From Lingula anatina (taxonomy: Eukaryota; Animalia; Brachiopoda): DNA of 64,000 nucleotides. Numbering within the stretch: position 1 is the stretch's first letter; every line of letters begins with the position of its first letter. Below the pieces are notes generated by a model. That model saw only the letters and a program-made list of their open reading frames with translations, was not told where the DNA came from and did no database searches. The stretch spans positions 6,510,001-6,574,000 of the forward strand of contig CM120643.1 in NCBI GenBank assembly GCA_051362555.1. Reading direction: 5' to 3'. Below are positions 48,926 to 62,371 of the stretch, piece by piece. Position numbers and translations under genes: made by a program.

Positions 48926-51592
48926 TCATCTTGATTCCAGGACCTTCATCTCCTCCGGAATCACATTAATCTGCAAAAGTTGGTTCAGTTTTGATAATTA
49001 TTCGTAACCCATTTCACACTTTATTTAATTTCGGTCATTTCATTTTCTTAGTACATCTTTAGGTTTACTATTTGGAAAATGATTTCCCATCATATTTGAT
49101 CTGATGTTTCTACCTGTAGTGAAACATAGAAAGCTGAGACGCAGTTTTTTGGTGCACAGAGAATTTTGAGTGTACTGTGGGTAAAAGAGACGAAACGTTA
49201 ACAACTACTTAGTTTACCTTTTCAATATACTTTTAGCTTGAAAATGGCTTTTATATTGTTTTTGCTGAATTTGAGCAACTTTATACAACTCTGATGAATA
49301 TGCATTATAGGGTAGTCATCATTTACTGTGATGGAATCAAATATTTCTAATTACATTTTTAACATCTTTTATTTCCAGACAACATAAAAAGGTGTATAAT
49401 GTTTTACACCTCTAACAATTCAATTAGTGAGATAACAAATCTAACATCAGAACATTCAACATAATTCACCATAAACATTTCCTTTCTGCAAGCATTTGCC
49501 TCATTTTCAATTTCCACATTACTGTGATTACAGGACCAACCTGGAAGGGGGTGATTAAGACACCCCTGCACACCCCTTAAACAATCAGAGTGTGCCCCAA
49601 TAGCTTTAACACAGTCTTCACACCAAATGTCAGTCACTATGTCAGTGCTCAAAGACTATATAAGAAAACAGAATTCATTATTTTTTAAAGTCACGTGTGA
49701 AGATTTTCAACCATGCATATGCACTATTATGATATGTCCTTGTTTATATTACTAGCAAGACCAAGAATAAAAAGGCCTAGTTTACAGCTAGTGAACTTGG
49801 TTTCAGATTATTGTTCAACATTCATTGGCTCCATTCTTTTTTTTAAGTCAGTGGAGAATTATCAAATCCTCTTCAATGCTGTCAGGAAGCACTCCAAAGG
49901 TCTCCTAATTATTGGGTAACCTGTAAAAAAGCAAATGAAAAACTTCAATATTTCACGATGAAACACTACAGCCATGCGATATTCTACAGCAAAAATGCTT
50001 ATCACCTTATTATAAAAATTATTTAACTCCACACAGAGCCGAAAAATGTTAATTTTGAAAATATTGTACCTAAAACCCTTTACACTGGACAGCGTCCTTT
50101 CTGCTTCCTTTGTGCAACCATGAAACTGACATTGCTGTGGTCGTAGAAAGGAGGCACAAGCATCACTATGGTTGCAAAATGAATGCTCAAAGATCGGCCA
50201 GTTGTCAGAACGTACTCAGTAATTTATTTAAATTTCAAACGCGGCCGTACTACAGAATGCAGAAAGGACGCCACCCAATGTAAAGGGGGCTTAAGAAAAG
50301 AGACAGAAAAACTGGCAAATGTACAGGCACAAGTCTTAGTAAATATAGCCACACAGCAAATATGAAGTAAAAACAAGGCAGCAAAGCTGTCAAATGTAGA
50401 AACACAAAGCAGAAAATAAAGATGCAGAAAATAGGTCATTTTGTCAAATCTGATGCAATTTAATAAATAATGTTTATAACAGCACAGTCAATCAACACTA
50501 AAATTTAATCATGCACAATAGGTAACATGGTCAATAAGATTACAGTTTCACATATTGTGAAAAATGAGAAAAATGATAGTGCATAAAATAATTTTGTATA
50601 ATGTTTAAAGGTATTAACACCAATATTATAGCTTATGTGGAAATACAGAAAATGTACAAAGCTTCGGGTGGGTGGGATCACATCTTGAAGATGCCAGTGT
50701 TTGAAAAAAAAAAATTAAAATAAAACATAACAAACAATATTCCAATAAAGCTGCTATTCAAACTTTTAATCTAGTTTTATTAACACGATATGAATAACCC
50801 CAGTGAGTATGAGGATAATAAGGCACTGTTATTCATCTATAGCATTTATGTTAGCATTACACAAAATAATTTTTTTCTTTTGTAAAATTATATGCAATAT
50901 CAAGCAACATTTACCTGCATAATTATCACTGATTCCTAATTATGTGACACTGTTAATTTCAGACTTTTACAAACTGTATCTGGCAGAGAGCTAAACATAT
51001 GGGAGTTTACAGGGAAATCTCAACATATGTGTAATGTATGTTTACTAATGTAATCTCATTCAATGGCCAGAAAAATCAACCAATAAGACTTGTTTTCCAG
51101 CTAAAGCTGTATTTAAGTCCTGTTTCTTTCCTGTAATTTCAGTCATGATGAAACTGTAGGTCTGATCACTGATGACCAGCCAAAACTTGTCAAGATGGTA
51201 AAAAATTGTACTTCGGCAGTCCAAAGGACCAGCAAGATTTTTAAGTGTCACCATTTTGAATTTACAGTCATCATTTGACATACTTCACTAACAGCGTTTT
51301 TTTTTTCCCCCTCCATTTACTTATCAGGCAAGATATAAAAAATGATAACATTCACAGACAAAGTAAGCTAGCCAATCATAGTATCTCTCTCAAACAAATA
51401 GAGTGATTCCCTATGGGGAAGCCCCCTGCTCCCGATATTACTTGCTCTGGCATTGTCTATTGCTCACGACACACAGACAGCTATCAAGAGAGTGGTCCAT
51501 GCTGCCAAGCATATGTTAACACGGCAGGGCAAATGTTTCCTGACAAACTTTTTTCTTTGAAAATAACGTTGGTAGCATAGAAATGAGGTCAC
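48926..51592 (-). pseudogene. Decayed or UTR exon cluster, including an open Cys-rich exon (SLSTDIVTDIWCEDCVKAIG...EMFM) and a terminal exon (INVIPEEMKVLESR*)
   Basis: Splice sites flank ~49470-49655 and there is an acceptor at ~48970. Upstream exon-like blocks (49790-49920, 50915-51290, 51441-51592) contain stops. Confidence 0.3.
50071..50294. mobile_element. Small piggyBac-like MITE
   Basis: ~35-bp imperfect TIRs (ccctttacactggacagcgtcctttctgc / gcagaaaggacgccacccaatgtaaaggg) with TTAA on the right. Confidence 0.5.
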
Positions 51593-51732
51593 CTGATTAA
51601 CTCAGTAAATTTGATTTCTCAGTTATTGGTACTTCTGTTTATATTCAGCCTGCGGCATATCACTGTTTTACGTAAAGATGGTTTAAAAGTTTGGTCAATT
51701 CTTCGAACGCGATTCGTGGTGAAAGAACATAA

Positions 51733-51836
51733 GGCCACACTTTTTTATTTTTATGGATGACATCCTCTGGAACCCCGAAATCTGTGTGAGAGGGTGAAAA
51801 AAAAAAAAACATTAAAAAAAAAAAATACTGCTTAAG
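51733..51836 (-). mobile_element. Single end of the Harbinger-type family seen at 30356-31454
   Basis: TAA+GGCCACACTTTTTTATTTTTATGGATGACATCCTCTGG, the reverse complement of the 31454 end. Confidence 0.8.
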
Positions 51837-51899
51837 TAAAGGAATGCTGAATGTTTCTTGCTAAACGGTAAAACAGTTTTCCACTTATCATGTTATTGG

Positions 51900-53570
51900 T
51901 GTTGGATACACGCTAAAAAAAAAAAAAAGCTTAAAAACAGCCTTACTTTTCACAAAATGGTCCAATCATGCTGATTTTTTAGCTTGACCCGCGTTTTATG
52001 AATATTCATCAGTTCTGTAAGTTTCAAGCGAAAAGGTAAAATGGCTTTCCACTAATCGTGTTAACGGTGAAAGTGCATGGCGACGACGACAACGACAGAC
52101 GCAGGTAACTGCTATATGTAGAGACTCATCTGTGTTTGTACATAAAAGACTGCTGAGATGAGAAAATATCAATAGAACAATTTTTAATTTCCAATTTGCA
52201 CCATTTTGAGATTCTGAACATAGTGAGAGATTGAAACTGCACTGATGTGACTTTATTTCCATTTCTGACACTATATTACACAATACAAGGTTACAGGTTA
52301 ACCATCATTTTTATACAATCAACTACCAAAATTGTTTAGGTGCAGAAAATGCCAAAAGAACACTTTTACATGACTGTCTAATTAGTTCAATAATGACACT
52401 GTTATCATGCCTAAGAATCAAATTCATGGTGGATAAAATATGCTGAAAAAAGTAAAAAACAGCACAACTTTTGGAGAAATGGTCTGATCAGACTGATTTT
52501 TAAACTTGACCTGTATTTTATGTATACTCATCAGTTCTGCAAGTTTGAAGACAAAAATTGAAATGGTTTTCATTTTAATTGTATAACCATAGATTAAATA
52601 TCCTAAAAAAAAACCCTAAAAAACAGAATAACTTTTTGAAAAATGGTATGGAACAGGCTGACTTTCAAACTTAAGCTGTATTTTATGAATATTCATCAGT
52701 TCCGACACAAGATAGTTTCACGTTTTTTATCCAATAAGGGTAGATAGAATATGCTGAAAAAAAAAATGGAACAATGGTCTGATCAGGCTGATTTTGGCAT
52801 TTCACTTGTGTTTTTATGAATATTCATCAGTTCTATGAGCTTAAAGATTAAAGGTAAAACAGTTTTCATATTAGTTTACTCTGAAGTGCCTAATAATAGT
52901 GCCGGCACGATTATTTTTTTCCCGGAAATTTTCCACCCGGCACGCTCTTATTTTCCCTAGCACGATTAAGAATTTCCACACGGGCACAATTATTCGGCTA
53001 GGCACTATTATTAATTTCTGAAAATTTTCAGGGGGCACAATTATTCCAGTAGGCACTATTATTTGGCACTTCAGAGTACTGTTATGTAATAATGAAAGTG
53101 CACGATGATGACAACGACAGCATAAGCAAAGGCTATATGTACAGACACATCCATCTGTACAGAAAAAAAAATGGTTAGATCATGCTGATTTTCAAATTTG
53201 ACCTGAATTTATGAATATTCATCAGTTCGAAGAGAATAGGTCAATGTGTCTGTACATAAACACTGACATCAATTCCAGTGTTGGGCTTGACAAGCTCTAC
53301 AAAATGCAACAAACAAGATGTCTCTAGCATTATAAGTTCCAAAATAGGTGTAAGAGAGTTTTCAGTTTTGGCACCAAATGACTGCTTCTCCCATAGAAAT
53401 GCACGGATTGACCTCAAACTTAAGAAAATGAAAGGAGACAGTAAGAGTAACTCTTCATTATAATATGACAGCTTAGGTCTGTGTAGTTTCTGAAAAAAGG
53501 CACAAACAATTTTTTTTTTGCAGAAAATTCCCATTTTTACATAAATTTGGCAGGTTTGACATTGAAAGGA
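51900..53570 (+). mobile_element. Old Helentron-type relics with diverged tandem units
   Basis: ttatgaatattcatcagttc recurs at ~51997, 52518, 52683, 52815 and 53209, with (GAC)n microsatellite ends. 53275-53560 resembles 45728-46020. Confidence 0.55.
52879..53076. mobile_element. Tc1/mariner-type MITE
   Basis: TIR CTCTGAAGTGCC(T/A)AATAATAGTGCC, TA on both flanks, and internal GGCAC.ATTATT repeats. Confidence 0.8.
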
Positions 53571-54032
53571 TCATTTGCAACAATTGCTACTGGAAAGAAA
53601 GCTACTAGTAAATAAGAAATGTTTGAAAAGAAGACCAAGAACAACATACATGGACAACATAAAAGAATAAACAGGTCAAAAAAAGTATAGTTCAAGTATT
53701 TGAGAGATGTGGTGATCCATGACAGCCAACCTTCTATGAGTGGATGGCACCCAGTGATGATGAAGTAAACTCAATTTATAGAACAATTTTGGGTAAATAG
53801 TTTTAAGGCCCAGATCTCAAAACAAGGATGACTTTTATTGTCAGTTATCAATTTCTGTATTCTTAGCTTAGTTATGCCAAAAAATTCTACTTCGTGCAAA
53901 ACAGGCAGTAAGCACACCCCCCCCCCCCCAAATAGCAATAAGATTCTATCACAAAGTGTTACGTCTACTTTGACCTCTTTCACAATATTTTTAAAGAATT
54001 ACTCTGTTCAGAAAAATTATAGTGTTACTTCC

Positions 54033-56845
54033 TTACCTTATGTGAGGGATTTTTTTCAATTCCACCCTCAAAAACTTGTGCAAACTTGCAGATTTCCCTT
54101 TCACCATACTAAAAGGCACCTTGAGAACCTCTCTGTATCCTGCTTGATATAGGAATTTTTTGTCAGCCTTTGCTTCACCTGGTGAATAAAGGAAACCAAA
54201 TCAATGTAACATAAAACATATTTCAATGTCTTACTGAGAGGAAATGTGTGCCTAAATGCACTGAAAAATTAATATTTACACAAAGAAAACCTATTCATGT
54301 CAAAACTTTATCACATAGACATATAACACATTCAAATTAAGATGGCCTCTGTTTGAAGCGTGAAATAATATACTGTTACCTGGGAAATATATACCACAGC
54401 ATGTTGAGATTTAGTGAGGCAGTGGAGTATAGTACTTTTTATTTGACATACATACAGAGAGAAAATACTCATTCCCCCCCCCCCCCCAATAAAAAATTAC
54501 CAAAAAACCAAAAAAGGTACATAGCCATAGTCAAATAACATCTTTAGGTATTACTGATAAATGCTGATTGAAATCAACAAGGCAGGTGCACAGCTTGCAA
54601 CTTACATATGTTGAATTTATATGAGAAGTGTACTATACAAGCATCAGTTGTCAAGACATTACTCTCTATTGATACATCATTGTTGTCCTTTGTACCCTAT
54701 TGTTATTCTCAGTACCCCATTGTTGTTATGGCTATATAAGCTGGCCCTCAGTGGGTAACCAGCAAGTATATAGGAAAAATAGGCTCAATACACTGAAGTC
54801 AAGCTTGTGTTAGTCATAACCCAAAGCTGCTCATGGCAGCAGGGTGGGCTTACTAAAGCCGTCTCTACATACAACAACCACATTTTTAACTCACCAGTTA
54901 ACATTGGCTTGTTGATAAAGAAATCTTCATCATGAAGAATCCACACTGCTATTCTTCTCCATCTTTCTGGCAAGGCAGACATGTTTTCCATTTTGAGGAA
55001 CCCATTTTCATCAAAGATTCTGGGCACCAGCTTCATGTCTACAGGCTCATTCAATTCATTCAAACAGAACTCCACAATAGGTTGATATATAGGAAGTACT
55101 GGGATGACTCTTGCCATGTGGGGACCACCAAGAATTATCTGTACAGCTGCTAAAACAGCCTTCTTTGAGGAATGCTGACATATATTTTTCAATTTCTCTG
55201 CACAGTATTGAATACCATCTGCTTCGTAAAGGCTTGTTGGAATTTTCTTAACATACTTGTCAATTTGCTCTATTTCTAATCTTCCACACAACTCCACAAT
55301 CCTTAAACATGCATACCCTTTTGTCTTCATGACATTTAATGATTCCTCCTTCATCAGACCAGACTGGAAACAACTATCAAGTATTCCACTGAAGACTTCA
55401 TAATAGCCATGACGGCACATCAAATGACAAGCAATGGAAAGCAATTTGAAAGGAGGGATATTTCTCCCTTGATTTTGCACTAAATCAACCACTTTTTTTA
55501 AAAAAGCAATATTTGTATTGCAATCCATTAGTAGGTAAGCTTGAACTAATCTATAACCACCGTCCCCGTCGATATCTTGTGCATTAGCCACAAAGTTCTC
55601 AGCAACTTTCAACAGCATTTCATGATCAGAATAATATATTACACTAAATTCCCATGTAATACCAATTTGCTGTCTCAATGGCAACAAAGATGCGTGCTTC
55701 TTAAATATCTCAGCAAGTTCTGTAACATATTGTACATCCATGAAACCTTTATTCAACTTCTGCTTTTGGGCTAAGCCCAACATCCACTTAATGCATAGAA
55801 ATGCACATCTCTTGTATTCTTCAGTTCCATCACGAAGCAGAATTTCCAACCCCTTCCATAAAATGTCAGAGGGCACCAAATATTCAACATTTTTACAGAG
55901 GCTGACATACCTGTACACTTCTCTCGGCTCAGAGAATTCACTGTTGAATTTCAGCTCCTGTAAAAAATGTCTTACATCATTTTCATCCACCCATTTTCCT
56001 CCCAGTTCACAAGAATAATGTGTTGCTACGTTTAGAACACTAACAAGCCAGTGAATTTCTTTGCCTCCAAGTTCTTTCCTCTCTAGCTCTGCCTCACTCA
56101 TCAAGTGCTTCAAGAAAATCCTTATCTGCTCTTCAAAGTACTTCTGCTTGTGTAGTAAAGACAGATGTAACCATCGGTGGCAGGCCTCTACCCTAGACTT
56201 ACCATGCCATTCGGACCATACCTGTGACATGTGTCTCTCCAGTTCCTTATAAAACTGAAGGATTTCTGGAGATGGCTGAATTAAAACCCCAACTAACAAC
56301 AATCTGTTTAACTGACGTGGAACACTTCCCTCCATCAAACCTTTGTTGAGGATGGTTAGCAGGGCTGATGATAACCTGTCATCTTGTAGAAGATGAGTGT
56401 TTTGATATCTTGGCGAATCCCTCAAACATTTAAGACTAACGACTGCATATATATACCGTAGCACTCCGTCAAGATCTTTTTCGGCATTACTACTACTAGC
56501 TCCGTTCTTGTAAGCACTAATAATCTCCGCTTCGCTCCTTCCATCTTGTATAAGGTACTCCTTCGCCTCTCTTTCCAAAAGATCTTGGTTGCGTCTGATG
56601 ATGACGTTATATTCATTTTCCGTGAGTTTTTTTGTAGAGTATGACAGCTCAGTCCCAGTGGTAACTTTCCCCATCGTCCAACCCCACATCTTGTGAAAGC
56701 TTCGCCTTCGGAGTTGAGAGACGGCACATGTAAATCGCAGCGATTGATGGCATTGTGAGGGTTGTGCCAAACACTGAGTTATTCTACCAACAAAACTGTG
56801 TCGACTACAACTTCGGTAGACATATCTCAGTGCCGAATAAAACAT
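54033..56845 (-). CDS. FAST kinase domain (FASTKD)-like mitochondrial RNA-binding protein with a C-terminal RAP domain, ~698 aa
   Basis: Exon 54895-56845 starts with an Arg/Ser-rich, acid-free presequence (MFYSALRYVYRSCSR...) followed by a helical body. It splices (G|gtgagt...caccag|) to 54033-54178, giving RRIAVWILHDEDFFINKPMLTGEAKADKKFLYQAGYREVLKVPF, a RAP-like pattern. Confidence 0.75.
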
Positions 56846-56952
56846 GATTACATGATTAAAATGTTCCCAGTACTGAACACGTCCATGGCCTCTGTCTCGA
56901 CCACGAGGCAGTTGAGGCAAGCTCGCATTTGTAGAAAGAGCAGGTCAGGTCA

Positions 56953-56964
56953 CAAAATGGCGGA
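56953..56964. promoter_or_regulatory. YY1-type motif near the FASTKD-like start
   Basis: CAAAATGGCGG lies ~110 bp upstream of the ATG. Confidence 0.4.
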
Positions 56965-57146
56965 AAACGGCATTTCAGGCTACGAGAAAAAATGACATAA
57001 AAAGCGGAACCTTATACTAGGGAATAAACACCCCTTTCAACGCAATTTTGACGTGAACAGCCAAAACCCGTATCTTTTATATCATGTTACCTTTTCTTGA
57101 GCATCTTCCCTGGCTATAAGGGCACGAGTTTCTTTTAAAAACTTAA

Positions 57147-57488
57147 AGGGATAACAACTGTTCATTTTGGCCAAAAATGAATTTTGCTAGGGTAAAAAAC
57201 AATTTTCCCAGTCTTATTAATGGTAATTGAATACATTCCGGCATTCAAAGTTAGTCCGTGTTTTTTTCCCTTAAAAATTTAGTTTTTTAATATTCTCTTA
57301 AGCATAAGAGATTATTACAGAGTGTAGCCATCTATAGAGGTCACTTGGTGTGATGGAAAGCACAAATTCCAGAATTATTGCGTTAACTGCCGTTTTTGTG
57401 GTAAAATAAAATTTATTACGTTTCTATGAGTTGTTTACAATGTATTTATTATTGTAATATGGATATCATGCGAACAGTTGTTATCCCT
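57147..57488. mobile_element. Kolobok-like MITE
   Basis: 17-bp perfect TIR AGGGATAACAACTGTTC with TTAA TSD at both ends. Confidence 0.8.
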
Positions 57489-57892
57489 TTAAAGTAGGTC
57501 CTACATGCTGACGCCACAAGATAATAATGGATATGACTCTTGTTAATTACATGTCTGTGGACTTTTCTTTTAACAGCAACAATTTCTACATAGAATTGAC
57601 GTCATCACTCATCTGGCTCTGGTACAAAGTTATTTTTAAAGGCATTATTTTAATATTAAAATTTAATTAAAATTGACAAAAAAATGACACTTTTAGTTGG
57701 AAAAGGCGTCTTTTAAAAAAGAATTTGTCAGTGTGGATTTTGGGGGATAGTGAAGAAACAATTAAAACTGACAGCTCATCAAAGGGATACCTGGATAAAT
57801 GAGATTATCTGTTTACCCCACTTCTACCTGGGGATGTGCCTTCATTAAGGTTAACAACATGATTAACGGGGGGAGGGGGGAGGTTAAAACAA

Positions 57893-58060
57893 CAGGCCCG
57901 TAGCCAGCAATTTCAAAAGGGGGGTTCTTTTTCTGAAAATGTGGACATTTTCCCATTAAACCTTCATGTACCTAGAACAAATTTTACCCAGAGTGGACCT
58001 TTTCCCAGCAAAAGGGGCGGTTCTTTCGAACCCCCCGAACCCCCCCTGGCTACAGGCCTG
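57893..58060. mobile_element. GC-rich MITE with CAGGCC(C/T)GTAGCCAG TIRs
   Basis: caggcccgtagccag ... ctggctacaggcctg, flanked by aacaa on both sides. Confidence 0.75.
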
Positions 58061-59697
58061 AACAACAAAGAGTGTCAGTAAGTTTATCAAAGGGATACCT
58101 GGATAAATGAGATTATCTGTTATCCCTATCTCTACCTGGTGAACATTTTGATCTAAGGCATGCATTTATAATTTTTCTTATTGTCACATAGTTTATTCTC
58201 AGTATTATATTAATTACAGGGGGAATTGTCCGGGGGTCAGTTGTCAAGGGGGTAATAGCCCGAGGTGGAGGATTGTCCCGGGGGGGGGGGGGGGGGGGGG
58301 GTGCCCTGATTTGCGACCACGACGGAGGGTGTCTTGGGGAATGCGAATATTCTATAACTTTTGGTATAATCATAGAAGTAGAGATGATCTTCCATACATG
58401 CTCTTTCATACACATACCCCAGTACATACATACACACATGAATATTTAACTACTTAAATCATTGCTCTGTTTTGTACAGGAATGGAATTGTCTCTTTAAG
58501 GCCGGGGTTAACGGGGTGTTTGGATACAGTATCTTAAATACGTAGTGATACATATAGGCAGGACACAAAAAGTTCTAGTAGAAAACAAAATAATTCTCAT
58601 TTATTGCAATTAATATAACAAAAAATCCACATTTGTATGTTTATGTCAGACGAAATGTCACAGTTACAATCTACACGTGTTTGCACTCTTGTTTTTAGTC
58701 AATTCCTTTTCCATTAAAAGGAAGTTTTTTACCCACTAATCTCGCAGACCCCAAAGTTAAACATTGTATTTAGTTGATACAAATAGAAATACAGGGTGTC
58801 CCAGTATAAACGTAACCCAAAAATGTGAACGCCGTTTATTTTCTGTTTACAAATTATATACAATTCATATATATTTGAAAACTGCAGAAGTTAGCAAATC
58901 TACTGCTACAAACAACATGTCACGTGCTCTACTGGCAAAGATTTTGTCGTCATTTATAGAAAATACTCCAAATATGCTCTGTTATACATTGCACAGTGTC
59001 TTTCAATTCAAAATGTAGTTTTATTAAGTAGTAAACATCAGAATGACAATTCGAGGACTAGCGAAAACGTTCTTCATATTTGTAAAGAGTATTGAACGAA
59101 ACTGATCTGGGCACTCAGCCGTATGTATGCAGTCACAGACTACATATTCCTCCGTTTAAATCGCACCGCACGCACAGTCTGTTGTCACGTGGTCTTCTGA
59201 CCCACCTGTCCATCAATCATCACTGTACTAAATATAAACATATCAATCATACACTGTAAATCTACAAAGTTCATTAAGTTTCTTGTTATAACCTCTCAGC
59301 AAAATTGAACTAAATGTAAATTACACCATCCCACCAAGGAAAATTTCAAATTTTATATTAAAAGAAAAGAAAGAAAAAAACAAGGGCAATTACAAAAGAT
59401 CTCATGTTGTGGGATCTTTCAATATTTGATTTAAGCTTTCAAGTAAGACAATTATTTTTTTTATCAGCGATAAGACAAAAAGAAGATATCCTCCAACAGA
59501 AGTAAATGTTACTGCAAATAAAAGGACTAAGGACAAAGTCGGTTATAAAAACTTTATTCAACTGGGGCCTACCAAAAGTCGCATGCTTTGTATACATGTA
59601 TGCGTGGATATAGCTGTAGAAGTAAAGCTATCGCCTGCGTCCGTCGTCGTCGCCCTGCATATTTCACTGTTATAGCAATAAATTGATAATCGTGTGG

Positions 59698-59740
<43 letters not shown>

Positions 59741-60561
59741 TAATACTTAAACTTACTGGAGTAATTCATATTATGATAAATACAGTCCACGTTTAAATGG
59801 CAGATATATTGGGTCTTTTTTCCCTAAATTATCCCGCTTTTTTTTTACTTTTCTGTTATACATTGTAATGTAAGATTTGTTAACGCAATAAAAGGAAAAC
59901 CCCGTGACTTATCATACTGAAATTTACAGAATCACTTTTTATATGAGTATTAAAATACAGGCCAAGGGCAAATATCAACTTTATCGGACCATTTTTGGCG
60001 AAGGTTATCCCATGTCCCCCTTTCCTTCGAATGGAATGTGTAGTCTCTCCTGACGCTCTGCTTTCCGTAGTTGTTATAAATACAGCTTTCTCGAGTCCGT
60101 CTTAACACTTTCTTGCAAAAATAATTTGTAATTGGATATACATAAATATTCTGTCGTTAAAGAGTCTAGATTTATTATTTTAGTCGCTACGAGAGAAAAT
60201 AATAAAGCTTGATAAAAGTATTGATCAAATAGGCCCATGATCATTAACATAAAGCGTGTTATTATAAATAGGTAATAATTTACAAATAATTAGCTTCAGT
60301 TGTTTCGGCTTCTCGATATAAAAGAACGTCTCGACGTGAATTCCAAGATTAAAAAATGTATCGCCTGCAGGGCCTCAAGTACGGTTACCACTGTTATATG
60401 GTGCTCTTTTTTCATATAAATGAAATTCATGACATTTGGACACTTTTGAAATAAGTGCATTCAGTACAAAAAAGTTTCGAGTATTTTTAATTTTTTTTAT
60501 TATGAAACTCCGGAGAAATTAGAAGAATAATTTTCATGTCAACGCCCTCTCTGATTTATCG

Positions 60562-62371
60562 CTGTCTTCACTAGCACAATATGATGAAATTCATGGACAA
60601 CGTCACAATCATGTTGAGATAGACTCTGAGGTCAAATACTGTAGCATTAAAACTGTTGTAACTCAACTTCCTCTATTCTCCCGGACCATTATACCTGTCA
60701 ACATTGACAATTGCCAGAGAGGAAGATTCCCGCGCACGACCTAGGTCTCCCACCCCGACACACACACACACACACACACACACACGAAAAAAAAAAAAAA
60801 AAATTATTCTTATAGTTTAGAAAGTAACGCCTCGGTTAGAAATGTGTTGTTAGCAGTTTGCTAAGAAAATAGTTTGACTATACAAAATGATATAGAAAAA
60901 TCAAACCGGCAATTAAGAACTTTATTATATTCCAATTCAAGTCTTTCAATGTTTCAAGAATATCATAGGCTGTTTTACAACTTGGTCATACTAACAGCCG
61001 GTTTTAATCAATAATTTAAACAAGTTAATATTTGCTCTCCGATATTTCAGTCTCCGTTCTCCGTTATGTGGCTTTCATCGGGGATTCAGCTTTTTGCACA
61101 CCTCAGGTAGAGGTGACACGTCCTTAGCCCATCTTTCTATGTTACTGGAACATTTTTGAAATATTGTTGAGATTTCTTTGTGAAGTACCAAATATCTCAC
61201 TTCGAAAAAAATCCTTTTTTTTATTTAAAAAACAAATTATCATTCTGTCCTTCAAACCGCAATCTGTACAACTCTTTTTTTTTAGCCCATTGCCTATGGG
61301 GACAGTTCAGCAAAAGCACTAAATCTCATTCATTAGCACGTCTGTCTTATGTTTTCTGATGTATTCTGGATAATTGCACAAATAGGCCCTAGTGCATATA
61401 TGAAAATGTGCAACATTTCGTGCAAGTCGGCAAACATACTTGATGTGATAATCGCCGACATTTTGTGTAGTTCAAAAATAGCAAACTTTTACTTCTTGTA
61501 AATTCTGTCGACACTGCGTAGGAATTTACGTCGTTTTTTTTTCACGCGCCATTACGTTGTGTGCAAAAACGCTAATTTCAATGAAAAATGCCGATAATTT
61601 CTTTCTGCTTTAATTTTTTTTTAATTTCTATTTCAAGACATGATAGACGAGTATGTAAGCTTCAATTTTATTCATTGTGGCAACATTTCAGAGGAAGAAT
61701 TTGATAGAGTAAATCAGCGCTAATTTATAGCCTAACGTCACGATGATTTTTTAGCATAACAACAGCATAACATTTGCTGGAACTTATTTTAATTTTAGTT
61801 CGTTTCGTAGCGTTGACGCTTTGCCAGTTAATTTTCTAGAGCTGCGTTTTTAGTAATGGCGCTCTTTCTCAATAGACGTCATCTTTGAATTCGAAGTCCA
61901 TCTTTGTGAATTACTATAGTTGAAACATACGGTAGTCATATAGGCCTAAGTAGAAAAGATAAATCTGAACAGTTTTTTTTAGAGACAAAAGTTGTAAAAG
62001 TTTGTATAACCTGGTGTGTTAAAGTTAAAGGACAACAGTAAACACCCGAACGCACTCAAAAATCAATTTTTCCGACTCTCCCAAACATTTTATACCATCA
62101 TCCATACCCTCCCCCCTTCATTTTTGTGCCGTTTTTTTCAACATATTTCCTTCTAATCCAACTTTCTCTATTGAATGACTCGTCAACATCTAATTTAAAC
62201 TAAAATATTATATCATATTGTCATTTTCAATGGCTTATTAGATAATTTCTTTATGAACTTTTTATCCCCCTCCCCGCCTCGCGTTATGTCTTCACTAACA
62301 CAATGGGGTGATATTTGTGGAGTCCGTCACAATCATGGTTGAGACAGCATCAGAATCAAAACACCGCAGTC
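60562..62371. repeat. Diverged pair of ~85-bp direct repeats (60562-60645, 62284-62371)
   Basis: tgtcttcacta(g/a)cacaat...cgtcacaatcatg(g)ttgaga is shared by both copies. Confidence 0.6.

Noticed and set aside
54785-56920. Single-exon 711-aa protein starting at TTG
   Set aside because: ATG 56845 gives a plausible mitochondrial presequence, and splicing at 54895 completes the RAP-like domain.
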